Notes: generated by a model not told the origin, from the sequence alone. A DNA stretch of 64,000 nucleotides from Octopus vulgaris (GCA_951406725.2 OX597814.1:210056001-210120000); one strand, 5' to 3'. Positions 1 through 14,439 are shown, counted from the stretch's first letter. Numbers and translations are program-made.

Positions 1-644
1 GTATTGTAGTTACATATATAGATGTGAAAAAATTAAGATAATAATAATAATAGAAATAATAATATACTATGCTTATATATATATATAAGAATATATATAT
101 ATACATACATATACACACACACATATATATATATACATTTATACATACATACATATATATATATATATACATGTATATATGTGTATATGTAATGAAATCT
201 ACATATGTGTTTCTATAAATATATATGCTGAACAAGGTGTTAATATATATATATAATTTTTGTACGTAAGGCACTGTCTAATTACGGTCATATAAACAGT
301 CGTAGATACATACAGACACACGCCTATGTGTGCAATAACATATTTGCATAATCTATTACCCTGCTTTAAGTAGTTGTCTATCTGGTGCAGTTTTATTATT
401 TAGAGCTTTGATGTTCTTATTTACGTATATAATGCTCGACTTTTGTGACTCAACTAGCAGAGTAATTCATGGAAATGTTACTGAATATTTGTTTACACAT
501 TTAATATTATATTCTATTAATTTTTGCAGACATTCAAATACAAAGATATTAAAAGAAATGCAAGCACATACCCGCCTATTTTACGAAACTCGTAAATATT
601 AAACGATATATATATATATGTATATTTCAGAGATTTATTATTGG

Positions 645-692
<48 letters not shown>

Positions 693-1178
693 TAACATTT
701 TATATATATATATATATTGATTAACGTTTTTTTCGTTAAATTATATTCTATTTTCTTGAACAATGGAATTCGGTTTACATATTTCAATTCCGTCGGCTGC
801 AGGAGATTACAAGAGAAGATTTATAGAAACAATGAATTTTATCTTAGTCTATTACAAATAACGAACCATAGAAGCAAACTAATTGACGGCACATTAATAA
901 ATTTAAAAAAAATCTGGATCATACTCTCCTAATATTTTGAGAAACAAAGAGGAACTGGCGCGTTCTTGGCGTGTTCATCACCGTGGCCATCCTTGCTGTA
1001 TATTGTATTAAAGAAATTGAGTGACCAGCAAGAGAAAGTATAATATACTTTGATAAAACGATTACATTCCATAAGATTAGCCGCTGCATGTCGGATGTGT
1101 GTATACACACATATGTATACATATGTATTTTATATATACATACATGCATATATGCATACACATGTATATAAACATACA

Positions 1179-1209
<31 letters not shown>

Positions 1210-1689
1210 ATATATATGTATGAATTTGCATGCATGTATGTATGTATGTATGTATATATATATATATATATATAATATACACATAGTTCTCATTGGAGCG
1301 ATAAATCTCGAAGCAAACAAAGCTATAAATCATAGCGAGTTCAAAAGTCCTTGGTATAAGAAGATTAATGGCTGCTCGCGCGACTCGAACCCACATCTTC
1401 TGTAAAGCTGAGAAGCGTTTTGCTACAAGATAATGCTCTCTGAAGAGTGAGAATTTTATGTACAATAATATTTTGGTAAAAATAATATTTTCAAAACGGA
1501 TCCAGAAATTAGAAGAGAGGATTTGATCCGACTGTAGAACTCCTGTCATGCTTGTAGGATGTATAAGCTCGAATATCTCCGGCTTACACAATTCAAAGAT
1601 CTTTACAGTGTTTTTTTTTACCTTTATGTGTTTCGAGATCCCTTGTTATTAAAACGAAGCAATTTATCTTCACTCGACGTTTATAATTT

Positions 1690-1756
<67 letters not shown>

Positions 1757-1789
1757 AATTGTAAAGGCGCTATTCGCCACCCAAAGTTT

Positions 1790-2230
1790 TGGGAATGGTA
1801 ATAAATTACGTACTCTGCTGCTTTAATCAACGTATTTGAAAACACCTTTCCTAACTCTAAATAGGCTAGTCTATGGAGATCGCGCAGTATAAAGTAAAGG
1901 AACACAGATTGCATAGTCAACATCCCCTACTTATTCTCTTCCGATTCCATACGGTCTGTTTTCAAATCCAGCCGGAGTCTACGTTGCCTATTATTCCTCC
2001 AGCAGTCGACAAAATAAAGAACGAGTTAGTTACTTTCATCAGTTGTACTGACTACTCCCTCTTCCTTCGAAATTACTAGAAATTTACCTTAATAAGAAAG
2101 CATCAGTAGTAGTAGTATTAATAGTAGTTGTGTTACTGGGTACACCTGCGGGAAAATATTTTCCAACTATAACCAAGTCATCCGTAGTTTTCTTCCCGAC
2201 ATTGTGAATTCAATACTTCTTAATTTATCG
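1790..2230 (+). mobile_element. Highly decayed Mutator/MULE-like transposase remnant
   Basis: Broken frames read YSAALINVFENTFPNSK and YKVKEHRLHSQ...LPIIPPAVDKIKNEL...FLRNY, resembling the MULE motifs AxINAFxxxFP and RKVQExGL...LxFxP; stops and frameshifts present. Confidence 0.35.
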
Positions 2231-2459
2231 TAATGCTAGTTTTAATCTGTATTTCATGTAAACTTGACGGCGATTGCTCACAAGTTGTGGTACTCTATAT
2301 AGGTCACATATGCCATAAATAATCTTATTGCTGGAGTACTACTAAGAAAAGGTATTTAAACACTATAACAAAGAAAATAATTTAAATGTGTTATAGAACT
2401 GCAGTGGCCTTGCAGGTCGAAAACCAATGCTCAATTCTTAATTGTCAAGATATGTGATG

Positions 2460-2460
<1 letters not shown>

Positions 2461-2538
<78 letters not shown>
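2461..2538. repeat. (ATT)n microsatellite
   Basis: Perfect ATT run in the sequence. Confidence 0.98.
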
Positions 2539-2539
<1 letters not shown>

Positions 2540-3039
2540 GTGAGAGAGCAGTGCAAGCCATCAGAGTGACACTGTATACCCATCATGACTACCCTTATGA
2601 TAAGGGTACAGCAGGCACATACATCACAACCATATGTGCGCGACATGGTGATTGCAGGTGGGGCCCAGTTAGAATTTTCTTCTAGTCGAGTAGCCCATCC
2701 CGCTCAAAAGGTCACTGATTAAGGATTTTCTAAGGATGTTGAACAAACAACCCATGTTTCCAAAGGTGAAGTATTCAAACCTCCATGAATCCTTTTCAAC
2801 ACACGGCTGTGATGCTCCCCCACTACTTCTGCTCGTGACCAGAAATGCACATATCGTCAGCCACTAAGGAGCATGGTCAACTGGTTAAGGTCAAACAACT
2901 GACAAGCAAATCTATGTATTGAGCAGAATATTTGCTGTAGCCCATCTTTTATACCAAGACAAAACAATGTACATGATAGCACTTCCAATCAGTTAAGATC
3001 AGAAGCCATGAGAGTCACTGTCTGGTACTGCATCAGGGC

Positions 3040-3040
<1 letters not shown>
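2539..3040. mobile_element. About 500-bp interspersed repeat embedded in an (ATT)n tract
   Basis: GC-richer block with sharp edges and same-orientation ATT runs on both sides (2461-2538; 3041 onward). No ORF. Resembles a repeat I recall as common in Octopus assemblies. Confidence 0.6.
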
Positions 3041-3109
<69 letters not shown>

Positions 3110-3656
3110 GTTATTATCATTATTGTTGTTATTATCATTATCCTTACTCTTGTTATTTTTGTTGTTGTTGATGTTATTATCATTAATATTGTTACTATTG
3201 TCACAAGAGAATTCATGGTGTTGGTGATAAAGTTTTGCGTTTAACATATATATGAGTTGATATACTGCTAAATAAAAAGTAACATGTCATGCAATATTGA
3301 AAAATAATGGCATTTATCGTTTATAAAATATTCCTTCTTGAATTTTAGGTGTGTTAGTTAAGAGATAGTTCTAGGTCCATTAACTAACATTATAAAACGA
3401 ACGCATTGGCACTAGCTATTAGATATAAACACGGAATAACCGTAAAAGCAAATATCTAAATAAAATTTGCACACGAATATAGGCGCGAAAACATGCAGGC
3501 ATACATACCGTGATATAAACACACACATACACACACAAACACGCACGCGCCGCTCACACACACACAAACACAAACACCTTGAAATAGACCTATATAACTT
3601 TATGTTCGTTAGCATATATATTTATAAGAATGTATATCTGATATATATACACGTAT

Positions 3657-3737
<81 letters not shown>

Positions 3738-3871
3738 TACATATATATATTTCTACATATATATATTTCTACATATAGGAAAGTCAATATCGAACGCAAA
3801 TCATATTTTAAAGATTATATTATAAGGAAATAACAGAAAAAAATATGTTGATGATGATAATAATAATAACG

Positions 3872-3944
<73 letters not shown>

Positions 3945-4112
3945 AATTAAGAATATTCGAAGAATAATTCTAAAAACTAGCAAGAACAACGATGAAGATA
4001 AGCGAAGATAAAACAGTACAAAAAAGCTCGGGGTCACCACATAAGAGGCATATTCTTTGTGTTTAGTAATGCGAGAAATGGAAGCGTTTTGAAGGGATAC
4101 ATATGTATATAC

Positions 4113-4244
<132 letters not shown>

Positions 4245-5257
4245 TTAGATCAAATGACAATCATAAACCATCTTGCCAATACAATACAAATGAAAAGAAA
4301 ATACAGAAACAAAAAGGACAAAACTTGAAACAAAGCCGTTACAAAGTAAAATATATGACAATACACAGACAGCTATGTGAAATGTGTTAGAAAAGAAGCA
4401 AGACTAGGCAAAAATGATTTGATGCATCGAAAATGAATTTAAGAATGAAAATGAAAATACTACCGTAGTAACTCAAATTTTGTAACAAGACATTATTGCT
4501 GTTCAATTGAATTTAAAACGTGGCTATGTATTAAATTTATTTTATTTTGTTTTTAGTAGGTGATAATGAATGAATTAGATTGGCGGAAGTTTTATTTTTC
4601 AATTGCTAAATTTTCGAATTCGTACTTTAATTCTGGAATAATTTTCTGAATTATGACAGCCAACAAATGTAATAGTTTGTCCTATGGAATTATTAAAGTA
4701 TTGAAAGCATGGACAATAAATGCATATTTTTTTATTTGACAATCACTATGTTGTATGTTGCCGTGTACATTAACTGAATATATTAATATATTTACTAGTT
4801 AACCATTTTTCTGAAATTTATCCTTTTTCTTCCGTAATAAGTCATGTGTTATTAGGTTACTTTATAAAAGGGTATTGTTGTTGAACATATGAAAATAGTA
4901 TAAAATAGCCTATCACTTGATTATTTGAAATGGAAATTTCCTAATTGAGATGTCAGTTTTATTTCGAGCCAGTATACGAAGGTTATTGAGGACAACTTCG
5001 AGAAACTTTAACGATTGTGATTTCAAACTACATATATCTTAATCGAAAGCTCCTAATAGAGGATTGATATAATACTAAATGTACTTGCATGTATATATAT
5101 ATTCGCAAAGAAGCGTACAGTAGCAAACGCCAACATATCAAAATCGTACACGTTATTTATGCAATTTTTATGGAAATTTGCATATAAAACATGAAGTATG
5201 TTTATATATTTGTTGTGCAAGATTTTTTTATGTGAAGCCGTGTGTTGAAACAGGTAT

Positions 5258-5459
5258 TGTTATATTTCGAAATGGTCATTTTGCCAGTTTAGCCAATAAA
5301 AACACACGCACTATATATTTGGTGTTATTTTGCTTCAGTGTTAATTATTTTTTACATTAATGTAAAAAATAAATAACACTGAAGCAAAATAACACCAAAT
5401 ATATAGTGCGTGTGTTTTTATTGGCTAAACTGGCAAAATGACCATTCCGAAATATAACA
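5258..5459. repeat. 202-bp spacer-less palindrome
   Basis: 5258-5358 is the reverse complement of 5359-5459 with 2 mismatches; centre ACATT|AATGT. Confidence 0.95.
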
Positions 5460-5799
5460 TGAAGTATTGTTTCTGAAAATTTCTACCTAATTTAATCCGA
5501 GGTGTTTACAGGTGCGTCAGTTACTTCTAGGGCAGGATATTTTGTTACTTATAATGAATGATTTTTAGTGCATTTACGGAACACTTACAAATATATTCGA
5601 ATTCACTTACACTGACACACACGCACTAACAAGTAGACACAAGGCACAAAACGGGATCCTCTACACAGTTGCCTGACTTGCAAGAAATAACAGATTTCAT
5701 TCAAGTCTGACATACCATATTTAAGAAGAGTCTAACATAGAAGGGGGCATGCATACATACACATGTACACATCAATCATATACATACATACACACATAT

Positions 5800-5985
5800 A
5801 TCTTTTATCTTTTAATTGCTTCAGCCATTGGACTGAAGCTTTGTGGGGGCACCATCCTGAAAGGTTTTCTCGATCGAATCGATCAATTCCCTTTTTTCTG
5901 GAAGCATAGTACTAATTTTTTCGCTGTATCTGGCTGGGCCGCTAAGTTGCAGAAACGTACAAAATACCGGTTGTGAAGTGGTGGA
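5800..5985 (-). mobile_element. Decayed 3' half of SINE family A
   Basis: Reverse complement resembles the 3' part of the 63623-64000 copy (aaccgg...cttagcgg...gtcgat...ggtgccccca...aatggctgaagc). Confidence 0.5.
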
Positions 5986-6857
5986 CACACACACACATAC
6001 ATATATATGGTAAGAGAGAGAGAGAGGGAGAGAGAGAGAGCGAGAGAGAGAAAGGGGGATTTTATTTTACATGAGCAGAAGAAATATTGAAGTTGAAAAT
6101 ATACCGGGAGTCTTTTAGATTTCTTTTATTTTTAAAGACTTGAGCAGTATTAGATTTTTCTGATTTTCAAAAGTTGAGAGAGAAAGACTACGTTGCAATT
6201 CTCTTCGGATTATAGTTTGAAAATCTTCTTGCTTTTATAGACAGAAGATGTCTCAAATAAGAATCTGTTCACCATACAATTTGATTAACAAAGGATGTTC
6301 ACATGATTAAGTTCAGAAAATTTTGCAACTTTCCAGCTACGTCCGTGCGTTAGTGTAATGGGACAATATTTTTGCGCTGAAAATTAAGGCTGACACGGTT
6401 CAGGGAAACATGTCTCATGATGGTCTCAAACAATCAAGGTTCTCTGAATTTTATCTGTCAAATGTAGCAGAGGAAGATTACTTGATTGACTGATATTATG
6501 CGTTGATATAATGTGGCAGTATTGTTTGCGACGAAAATTAAGACTGACACATTTGAGTGAACGTATCTAGCGACAGTCCCAAACGATTAAGATTAATATG
6601 TAAAGTGTTGCAGATTGGACAGGGGTTGTTTGTATTTGTCTACTGAGTGAACACATTAACATATGTGCAAAAAAGAAAAATAAGTAGCAAAACTGCCACT
6701 TTACATTTTCTTCAGTCGATAAAAAGTCAATCCAAAATAACGAAAGAAAGTATATTCATACATCAATACAAACGAAAACTGAATAAAGTGTAAAAAAAGT
6801 GCATTCAACATCAACTACGCACACATAAACACATTCTGCCGCTTGACATGTTGAATA

Positions 6858-7572
6858 CGAGGTCTGATCAATAAGTAACAGGACTGTTGCCGTTGTAACA
6901 AAGCTAAAGTAGGTAGAGTGAGGTCACTGGGCAAAGATTCACACTGACCCCTACTGTGTATGCACACTAAGTTTTAAAGTTCTAGATCACTTCCACTGTT
7001 TACAACAATGCTTGGAAAGAAGGTGTATAGCGTTTTATCACATGGTGATATCTGCTCAGATGCTTACGCAAAGCTGCAGAAAGTGTATGGAGAGGAGTGT
7101 ATGAGCCGCATATAAGTGTACGAGTGGTTCAGACGTTTCCACGATTTCCGAAAAATTGACGATATTGCCGAACGTTCTCGGAGACCCGCAACCAACATAA
7201 CTGAGAAACACATCGTAGATGTTCGTGCAGCTGTGATGGAAAATCGTTGAATCACCATCCATGTGTTATCAGGGGATGTACAAATTAGTTACGGTTCAGT
7301 TCAGTCCATTATCACTGAAGATTTGGGTATGAAACGCGTGTCTGGCAAGTTTGTGCTAAAACTGCTTTCAGCTAACCAGAAAGACAGTCGGATTTCAGTC
7401 GCACAAGATCTCTTTCATTGTGTCAAGAACGATTAAATCTTTCTGAAAACTTTGCGTAGGCTACTGAGCAGGTATCGCCAAGCTTTTAGCAAAATTTGAT
7501 GCAGAGTCTTTACTCAACTTTCTATGCCATAGTCAATGCGATGATCACACGCTACACACCTTTTCAAATACT
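6858..7572 (+). mobile_element. Mariner-family transposon remnant with fold-back of its 5' region
   Basis: Starts TA|CGAGGTCTGATCAATAAGTA (mariner-type TIR). About 7045-7450 translates AYAKLQKVYGEECMSRI*VYEWFRRF...RSRRP...ENR*ITI...ISYGSVQSIITEDLGMKRVSGKFVLKLL (transposase HTH region). About 7440-7572 on the minus strand encodes the N-terminus RLCIKFC*KLGDTCSVAYAK. Confidence 0.85.
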
Positions 7573-7584
7573 AGCCACTAAAAC

Positions 7585-7743
7585 TTTTACTATTTTCTCT
7601 CCATGTTTATTCCTGTCTTCCTTTCTGTTGAGAAGCTAAGGCTCGAAACGTCAAAGATTTTCTCACTTTCCGAGCGTTAAACTAACATATCTGTTTGTTG
7701 TTTACACACCCGGCTGCGTCTTTTTTTTTTGTATATTCCCACT
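7585..7743 (+). mobile_element. Penelope-like terminal-repeat fragment with a degenerate hammerhead-like motif
   Basis: tgagaagctaaggctcGAAACGTC has the GAAAC-GUH end of a minimal hammerhead, but the CUGANGA part is decayed; T-rich pLTR-like flanks; abuts the truncated mariner arm. Confidence 0.4.
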
Positions 7744-7767
7744 ATACACGAACACACACACATATAC

Positions 7768-7946
<179 letters not shown>

Positions 7947-7947
7947 A

Positions 7948-8113
7948 TACGACGGGTTTCTTTTAGTTTCCGACTATGAAATCCAATCATAATGATTTGT
8001 TGGACCGAGGCTATGGTACAAGAAACTAGTTCAAAATGCCATGCAATGGGACTCAACCCGAACCTATGATGTTGGTAGGCAAACCTCTTTTACCACTCAA
8101 TCACATCTGCGCC
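7948..8113 (-). mobile_element. SINE family A, tRNA-derived head (decayed)
   Basis: Reverse complement ggcgcagatgtgattgagtggtaa...ggttcgggttgagtcc...atagcctcggtcc...ggaaactaaaagaaacccgtcgta matches the copies at 44595 and 63623. Confidence 0.8.
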
Positions 8114-8597
8114 TCTACGCCTAGGGCGATATAAGTAGGTGAAGAGATAGAAATGTAATGTGTGGCTGACAGATATAAGTTGTATACATCAGACATTCAT
8201 CATAATAATAACGGTACTCATCTGATATACAACATTGTGACAACATTGTATGTCAGATCATCTCCAAGCATGCTCTTGTCTTCAACTAATTCGTTCCAAG
8301 TAGATTCAATGGTCAGTTTTATTGGAAAAGAGGTCTGCGTCGCCGTTTATACCAATAACAGTGAATCCGATATATCATTTAACAATACAGAACGTATTAC
8401 AATATTGGTTTCGTTTGATTTTACATTCGCACACACCGACACAAACACAGCCACATACACAAACATTTAAAAGGATACAATGTACAACATTAAATAAATA
8501 GCACAATAATAGAAGTTCTGATTATTTATTGCTGTAATTAATTATAATTTTCATTTTCATTTCCGTTCTGATGCAGCTTTAGAAGAACCGCGTGTAT

Positions 8598-8628
<31 letters not shown>

Positions 8629-8659
8629 CATACATACATACATACATACATAGATACAT

Positions 8660-8706
<47 letters not shown>

Positions 8707-8846
8707 TATAATATATATATATATATATAATATATACTGGACGTGTCAGTTTTAATAAATATCAAAAAATATTCGAAAATCATGAATATACATACGTTTC
8801 TGTGTATATGTGTGTTATGTGTATATCCTGTAAATATATGCACATA

Positions 8847-8902
<56 letters not shown>

Positions 8903-8920
8903 GATATATATACATATACA

Positions 8921-8973
<53 letters not shown>

Positions 8974-9354
8974 GTGGGTTTGTGATAATAGACTTCCGTT
9001 GTCTGATAAAAATGGTCCTGCAATGTATAGTAACACTACCTACACAAATTATTTCTGTATATTGATGAAATGAGTGTGCTGTTCATTGACTCACACCCAC
9101 CTGCGAATCAACATTTCCTAAACAATTGCACGGTGTACCACACCTAACGTTTCGAAGTGATCGCAGAGAAAAGTGAAAACAAAGGTTTCGGTGAAGAATA
9201 TAACGCACACCCCGATGCAGGAATTGAAACCACACATTAACTACTGAACCAGGCGCCATTATACAATATATCCATATACGCATGCAAATACTTAAATATA
9301 CATGTATCCATACATACATGTCCATTCATAGATACATACATTATATCTATACAT

Positions 9355-9445
<91 letters not shown>

Positions 9446-9525
9446 CACGTCTATATACGCACAGGGAAATCAGACATGTGGCAAGTTCTAAGCTGCTTTT
9501 CCACATGTGCGCGCGTGTTTGTGCG

Positions 9526-9587
<62 letters not shown>

Positions 9588-9589
9588 CA

Positions 9590-9726
9590 TAATTATTTAC
9601 TTTACTTACATTTACGCAGGTTTGTCCTCATCTTGTTTGTTGTTAACACAACGTTTCGGCTGATATAACCGCCAGCCTTCATCAGATGTCATGCGTAAAT
9701 TTCGAACCTTGGTTCTCATTTTTCGA

Positions 9727-9783
<57 letters not shown>

Positions 9784-9922
9784 AATTATTATTATTATTA
9801 TTATTATCATTATTATTATCCAGGTCACTACGTCATTTGCCTACGAGCATATGGTATAGTGGTTAAAGGCGCGGGCTACTAACCCCCAAATTCCGATTTC
9901 AATTCCAGGCTGTCACCTGAAT

Positions 9923-9984
<62 letters not shown>

Positions 9985-10180
9985 CAACAACATCGAAAAA
10001 TACCTTAGGAAGGAGAACCCAGGTTCGAATTTCCCCAAATCACCTGCTTAAGGCTGGAGGGTATATCAGCTGAAACGTTGTGTTAACAAAATACAAGCTG
10101 AGGACAAATATCCGTCAAACGTAAATAATTTAAATAGTGTACATAATTCCTTATTTCTTAAATATAGAACTGTATATGCA
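9590..10180. mobile_element. Inverted pair of a composite element: tRNA-like head, (AAT)n/(CAA)n, then Penelope-type hammerhead repeat
   Basis: 9590-9840 is a reverse-complement, partly deleted copy of 9845-10130. The right arm has an A-box-like tggtatagtgg, a degenerate B-box, an AAT run, then aggctggagggtatatcagctgaaacgttgtg. Confidence 0.8.
9645..9690 (-). ncRNA. Minimal type-I hammerhead ribozyme motif (Penelope type)
   Basis: Minus strand GACAU-CUGAUGA-A-GGCUG(gcgguuauau)CAGCC-GAAA-C-GUU-GUGUU: helix I GACAU/GUGUU, 5-bp helix II, loopless palindromic helix III (AACGUU). Confidence 0.7.
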
Positions 10181-10226
10181 TAATGTTTATATATGTGATA
10201 TATATATATATATATATGTAAAAACA

Positions 10227-10270
<44 letters not shown>

Positions 10271-10311
10271 AACACGCACTCATGTATATATACAAACGCA
10301 CACTCATACAA

Positions 10312-10377
<66 letters not shown>

Positions 10378-11033
10378 GCGTACATGTATATATTTATGTC
10401 CATATCTATCTGTGTGTTTGCCTATCTATCTCACGAATATATATACACATACGCCCACGCATATTATAAATAATAACTTTACTGCCCCTACACAGGATGT
10501 AGTTCTTCAGACAACCAGCTATATTTTCAGAAACTTTAGGTATTCTCATGCTTCTACACATTACCCCACTGCCTTTCTTCTGACCACACTTTTCATTGTC
10601 CTACTCCCAATTCTGAATTCCGTCTAACATTACTTACTTCCTTCCTCTACCCGTTTCGCTTCTCAAACTTTTTTCTTACAACTGTTTTCTTATTTCTTGT
10701 ATTCATGTTCCTCAGTCTCTTTTCCTGAACTTGTTTTCCAATCAAAATATAGCTACACATCACTTTGGCCAATAGCCATTAACCATTATTTTCACCGAAT
10801 GTAAACCCCTTTTGGTGAAAAATTGTCTGGTGTTTCGCTGGAAGTTAAATATATTTTTAAAAATATTATTGGCTGCATAAGCCGTTCAATCAAAAACTTG
10901 AAGTGCCATTCAAAGCAATAATATCACTAAATACTTCACCAGAAGTAATGTTTCATTTCCAGTTAATTTTATATGTAATACCGAATTATATGTGTGCATA
11001 TGTATTATAAGCACACTTAATTAAATGCTTGTT

Positions 11034-11072
<39 letters not shown>

Positions 11073-11159
11073 AATATATATATATATTACATACATATAA
11101 GTTATACATATGCATGTATGTATAAAAACAAATTGGGAAGATTCTACATAATTTTGTGG

Positions 11160-11400
11160 AAATTGCATCAACTCGAATAAGCTATGAGCGACAAAGGAAT
11201 GTATCTGCAACTCAAGCCTATTATATACAGCTGTGCCTGACCATCTGACCTCAATCTCAAAATTACTGTGCATGTCTGCAGACGATGGTAACAAAATACA
11301 CTGGCCTCCCAAGACATTCATCAATACATAAATTTACTACCGCTTGGCTTTGACAAATGAGACCAAGTGGATGCATGTTAGTACTACACAAATTCAGCTA
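11160..11400 (+). mobile_element. Possible very old non-LTR reverse transcriptase fragment
   Basis: Frame reads KECICNSSLLYTAVPDHL...CMSADDGNKI, spaced like the QG...SPLL...(F/Y)ADD motifs. Confidence 0.3.
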
Positions 11401-14188
11401 TTCTTGTCTAGGCGACTTTTCTTCGTAAATGTTATGCACTAATCTAACACATACACCCAAGAACACTATTAATTTTCGAATTGCCCAGTTAAAACCAGCG
11501 CCTCTCTGATGTTGTATTATATAGAATAATGATACCCCTGTTTATGATATCGAGAGGAATTTTACCGGGATCGCAGTATTATGTAGACCCACACAGCTTG
11601 AGGAACTGGATTTACTCTCTTATCCTGGAATATGCAGAAGTTAGGCAAGACATTTCATGTAATGATAAGTGGGAATTAAAACTAGTGTGAAATACGATTC
11701 GAAACCATGTTGCAGCTGTAATTCGCCGTGAGATTCATTACTTTTAAATCTTCGTTGACTTATCGTAACAAAAAATGTGCGAGAGGAAATAAGAAGAGAT
11801 GGGTTAATTGTCATGAATCTAGGGCGAGGATTTTTATGCTAATCGTTAATGGGAGAATAAGTATTTATTGGCAGCATTTGTTTTTGAAATCATAAAGACC
11901 AAATTCAGTTTGGTTCATAAAAAATACGAGATAATTATGTACAAATATAAATATTTAAGAAACTCGGGTGCTCTCAAATTTTACAACATGATGATCGTGG
12001 TGACGATCATGATGATGATGATGATGTTAGGTGTGGTGAAGGTATTCGTGATTATCTGGCGATGATGATGGGTATGACTTTGAGATGCTAGTGATGATGC
12101 AGCAGTATGAATCTTGTGAGTTTCTGCTTTCTTTATATATCTAATATATGTTCATACCAACAGATATATACGTGTGTTTTTGTGTGTTTTTTTGTGTGTA
12201 TGTACATATGTGCGTCTGCTCAAGGAAATAAAATAAACACTTTAAATTTCCGTGCGTCAGGTCTTAAACAAGGAATACACAAAACAGCATTCACTTCTAA
12301 GTTTCTCTATATCTACTTATCTACTACCAGACAATGGAGTATAGAAACACTATCAATTCTAATAAAGTAGTCTCAAGTTTTTATGTATGCAAGAGATAAA
12401 ACAATGTTGATGTAAATAAAGTAAATGAAATGATTGTTAACAGAAAGTGGAAAACTAACTCAACGATAAAACAGATCTTTGCAAAACACAGAAGATAAAA
12501 ACCACTACTTACAAAACATAATTGTTTTAAAAGTCTTACATTATCACGTAACAGATTTTAAGGAATACGGAAGACCTATGCTTGAACTTCATGTTGCTAA
12601 CACTGAAACTCCTAAGATAAATACTTTAAATATTAGCCAGAACATTATACAAAACTTTCTTTAATATATACAGGTGTAAACAAAATAAATCTGATAAATC
12701 AGCGCCACCAGATTTTTTACTGGATGAAAAACAAATCAATGGTGATAAAATTCTAATACGTCTCGGCCAAAGTTTTCTTTCAGTTTCGAACAGGAAAAAA
12801 AGAAAAGTTCTTTGCAGTAACCACGCATCGTGACTTTTATTCAGAACATATGTTTAGAAACAGAATTTTTCATAACTAACAATATTTTTAACGTAACTTA
12901 TACGTTATGCTACAGTGTGGATATTAGATATTATTGTAAGTTAAATACATACCAGTAATAATAGTGATTTACTTCTGAAATCTGCATGCAGTGTTCTGTT
13001 CATATGTATTATGTGTATAATATTGTTCATACTTCCTGTTAAGATGCTTTACATACTTAAGTTAAACTTCATTAATTGCAGTCAGGCGATTTTACGCCCA
13101 TCCCCATGTAATGATATTCATAAATTCATTGTTCAGACGTTCATCATCTCTGATCGTTAGATAAATTGATGACAATTGAAATAGCTTTTCATCTGAAAAT
13201 CCTAAATCTATCTGGAATTATGTACGTGATATACTGTAGTTCTCTGCTATTATTTAATGGTATTATAATTTGCGGCTCTTTCATCATAACATCACCGTTT
13301 AATAATGGCATTTCAAATGTCACTGTGAATTCTCTACAAGTTTTAAGGCCGTTTATTTACATACGGTTTCATTTCCATTATTTCATATTTTAGAATACAT
13401 GATAGACACCCTACTATCTCTTTTCTCTCTCTCCCTCTCTTTTCCTCTATGTGTAATATTTATGTCTATTACTTCGAATATTTTATCGTTAAGTATCACC
13501 ATCATTCCTGGCATATTTTACAGAGGATGAGGCATACTATAATAGTAAGAGTAACAATGACAGAAATATATTTATATACATAACAAAACTAATTTCCTAT
13601 TTAACTACTGAAGGAAACGTTTCTCATCTGACAGCATTTGAAGATGAAACAATTTTTGTCATATTTCCAATTTAGGAGAAACAATATAGACCGTAAGTAT
13701 ATATGTATCTTACATTTAAGGTCTATGATTTCGATAAATAATCTCCATATTATGTTTGGAATATAAGGTTCGTTAAGAAGGCAAAGAATATTTTCTCGGT
13801 AAATAGGAAATCTTCGACTTCTCTACTCTTGTATTTTTCACAGCTAAGACAATACTTACATCAAATGAACTGTCATCTGTGTAAAAATCGATTCAGGCGA
13901 GTAATATCAATTCAGGCGAATACATATCTGTGTAATATCGATTCAGGCGAGTACATACCTACCTCTGAGTACAAACGTAAGAAAAATATATGGAGTTGTT
14001 TAAGAATATGGATTTGATTGACAGTCAAGCCTAAGGTCTCACAGGAGAAGTTGGTACATTAGTAAGTTTTACAATCAGTTTTAACGAGACACATAAGTGA
14101 AAGAAATTTGTACAGTTCAATATACTTATGCACATATACAGAAAAGACGCCCCACACACATGTATTTCTACACATAAATATATATTTT

Positions 14189-14318
<130 letters not shown>

Positions 14319-14439
14319 GGAAATGAAGAAAATGCTGACAAATAATTGAAGTAATTTAAGTAATTTAATTAGGTGAAAGTTCTTTTTACCGGTTGCGCAT
14401 TTGTTATGCTTATCAAAATATGGAGATATATATATATAC

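Noticed and set aside
935-1025. Hydrophobic peptide NWRVLGVFITVAILAVYC as a possible transmembrane exon
   Set aside because: No convincing splice sites, and it ends in a stop; could be chance.
9140-9200. Hammerhead-like CGAAACGTT on the minus strand (also isolated CTGATGA at 22891, 47699 and 58373)
   Set aside because: The partner core segments and helices are missing.
13884-13955. Short direct repeats atcgattcaggcgagta (also 29531-29570 and 42125-42195) as CRISPR-like arrays
   Set aside because: Only 2-3 adjacent units without unique regular spacers; ordinary slippage duplications in eukaryotic DNA.
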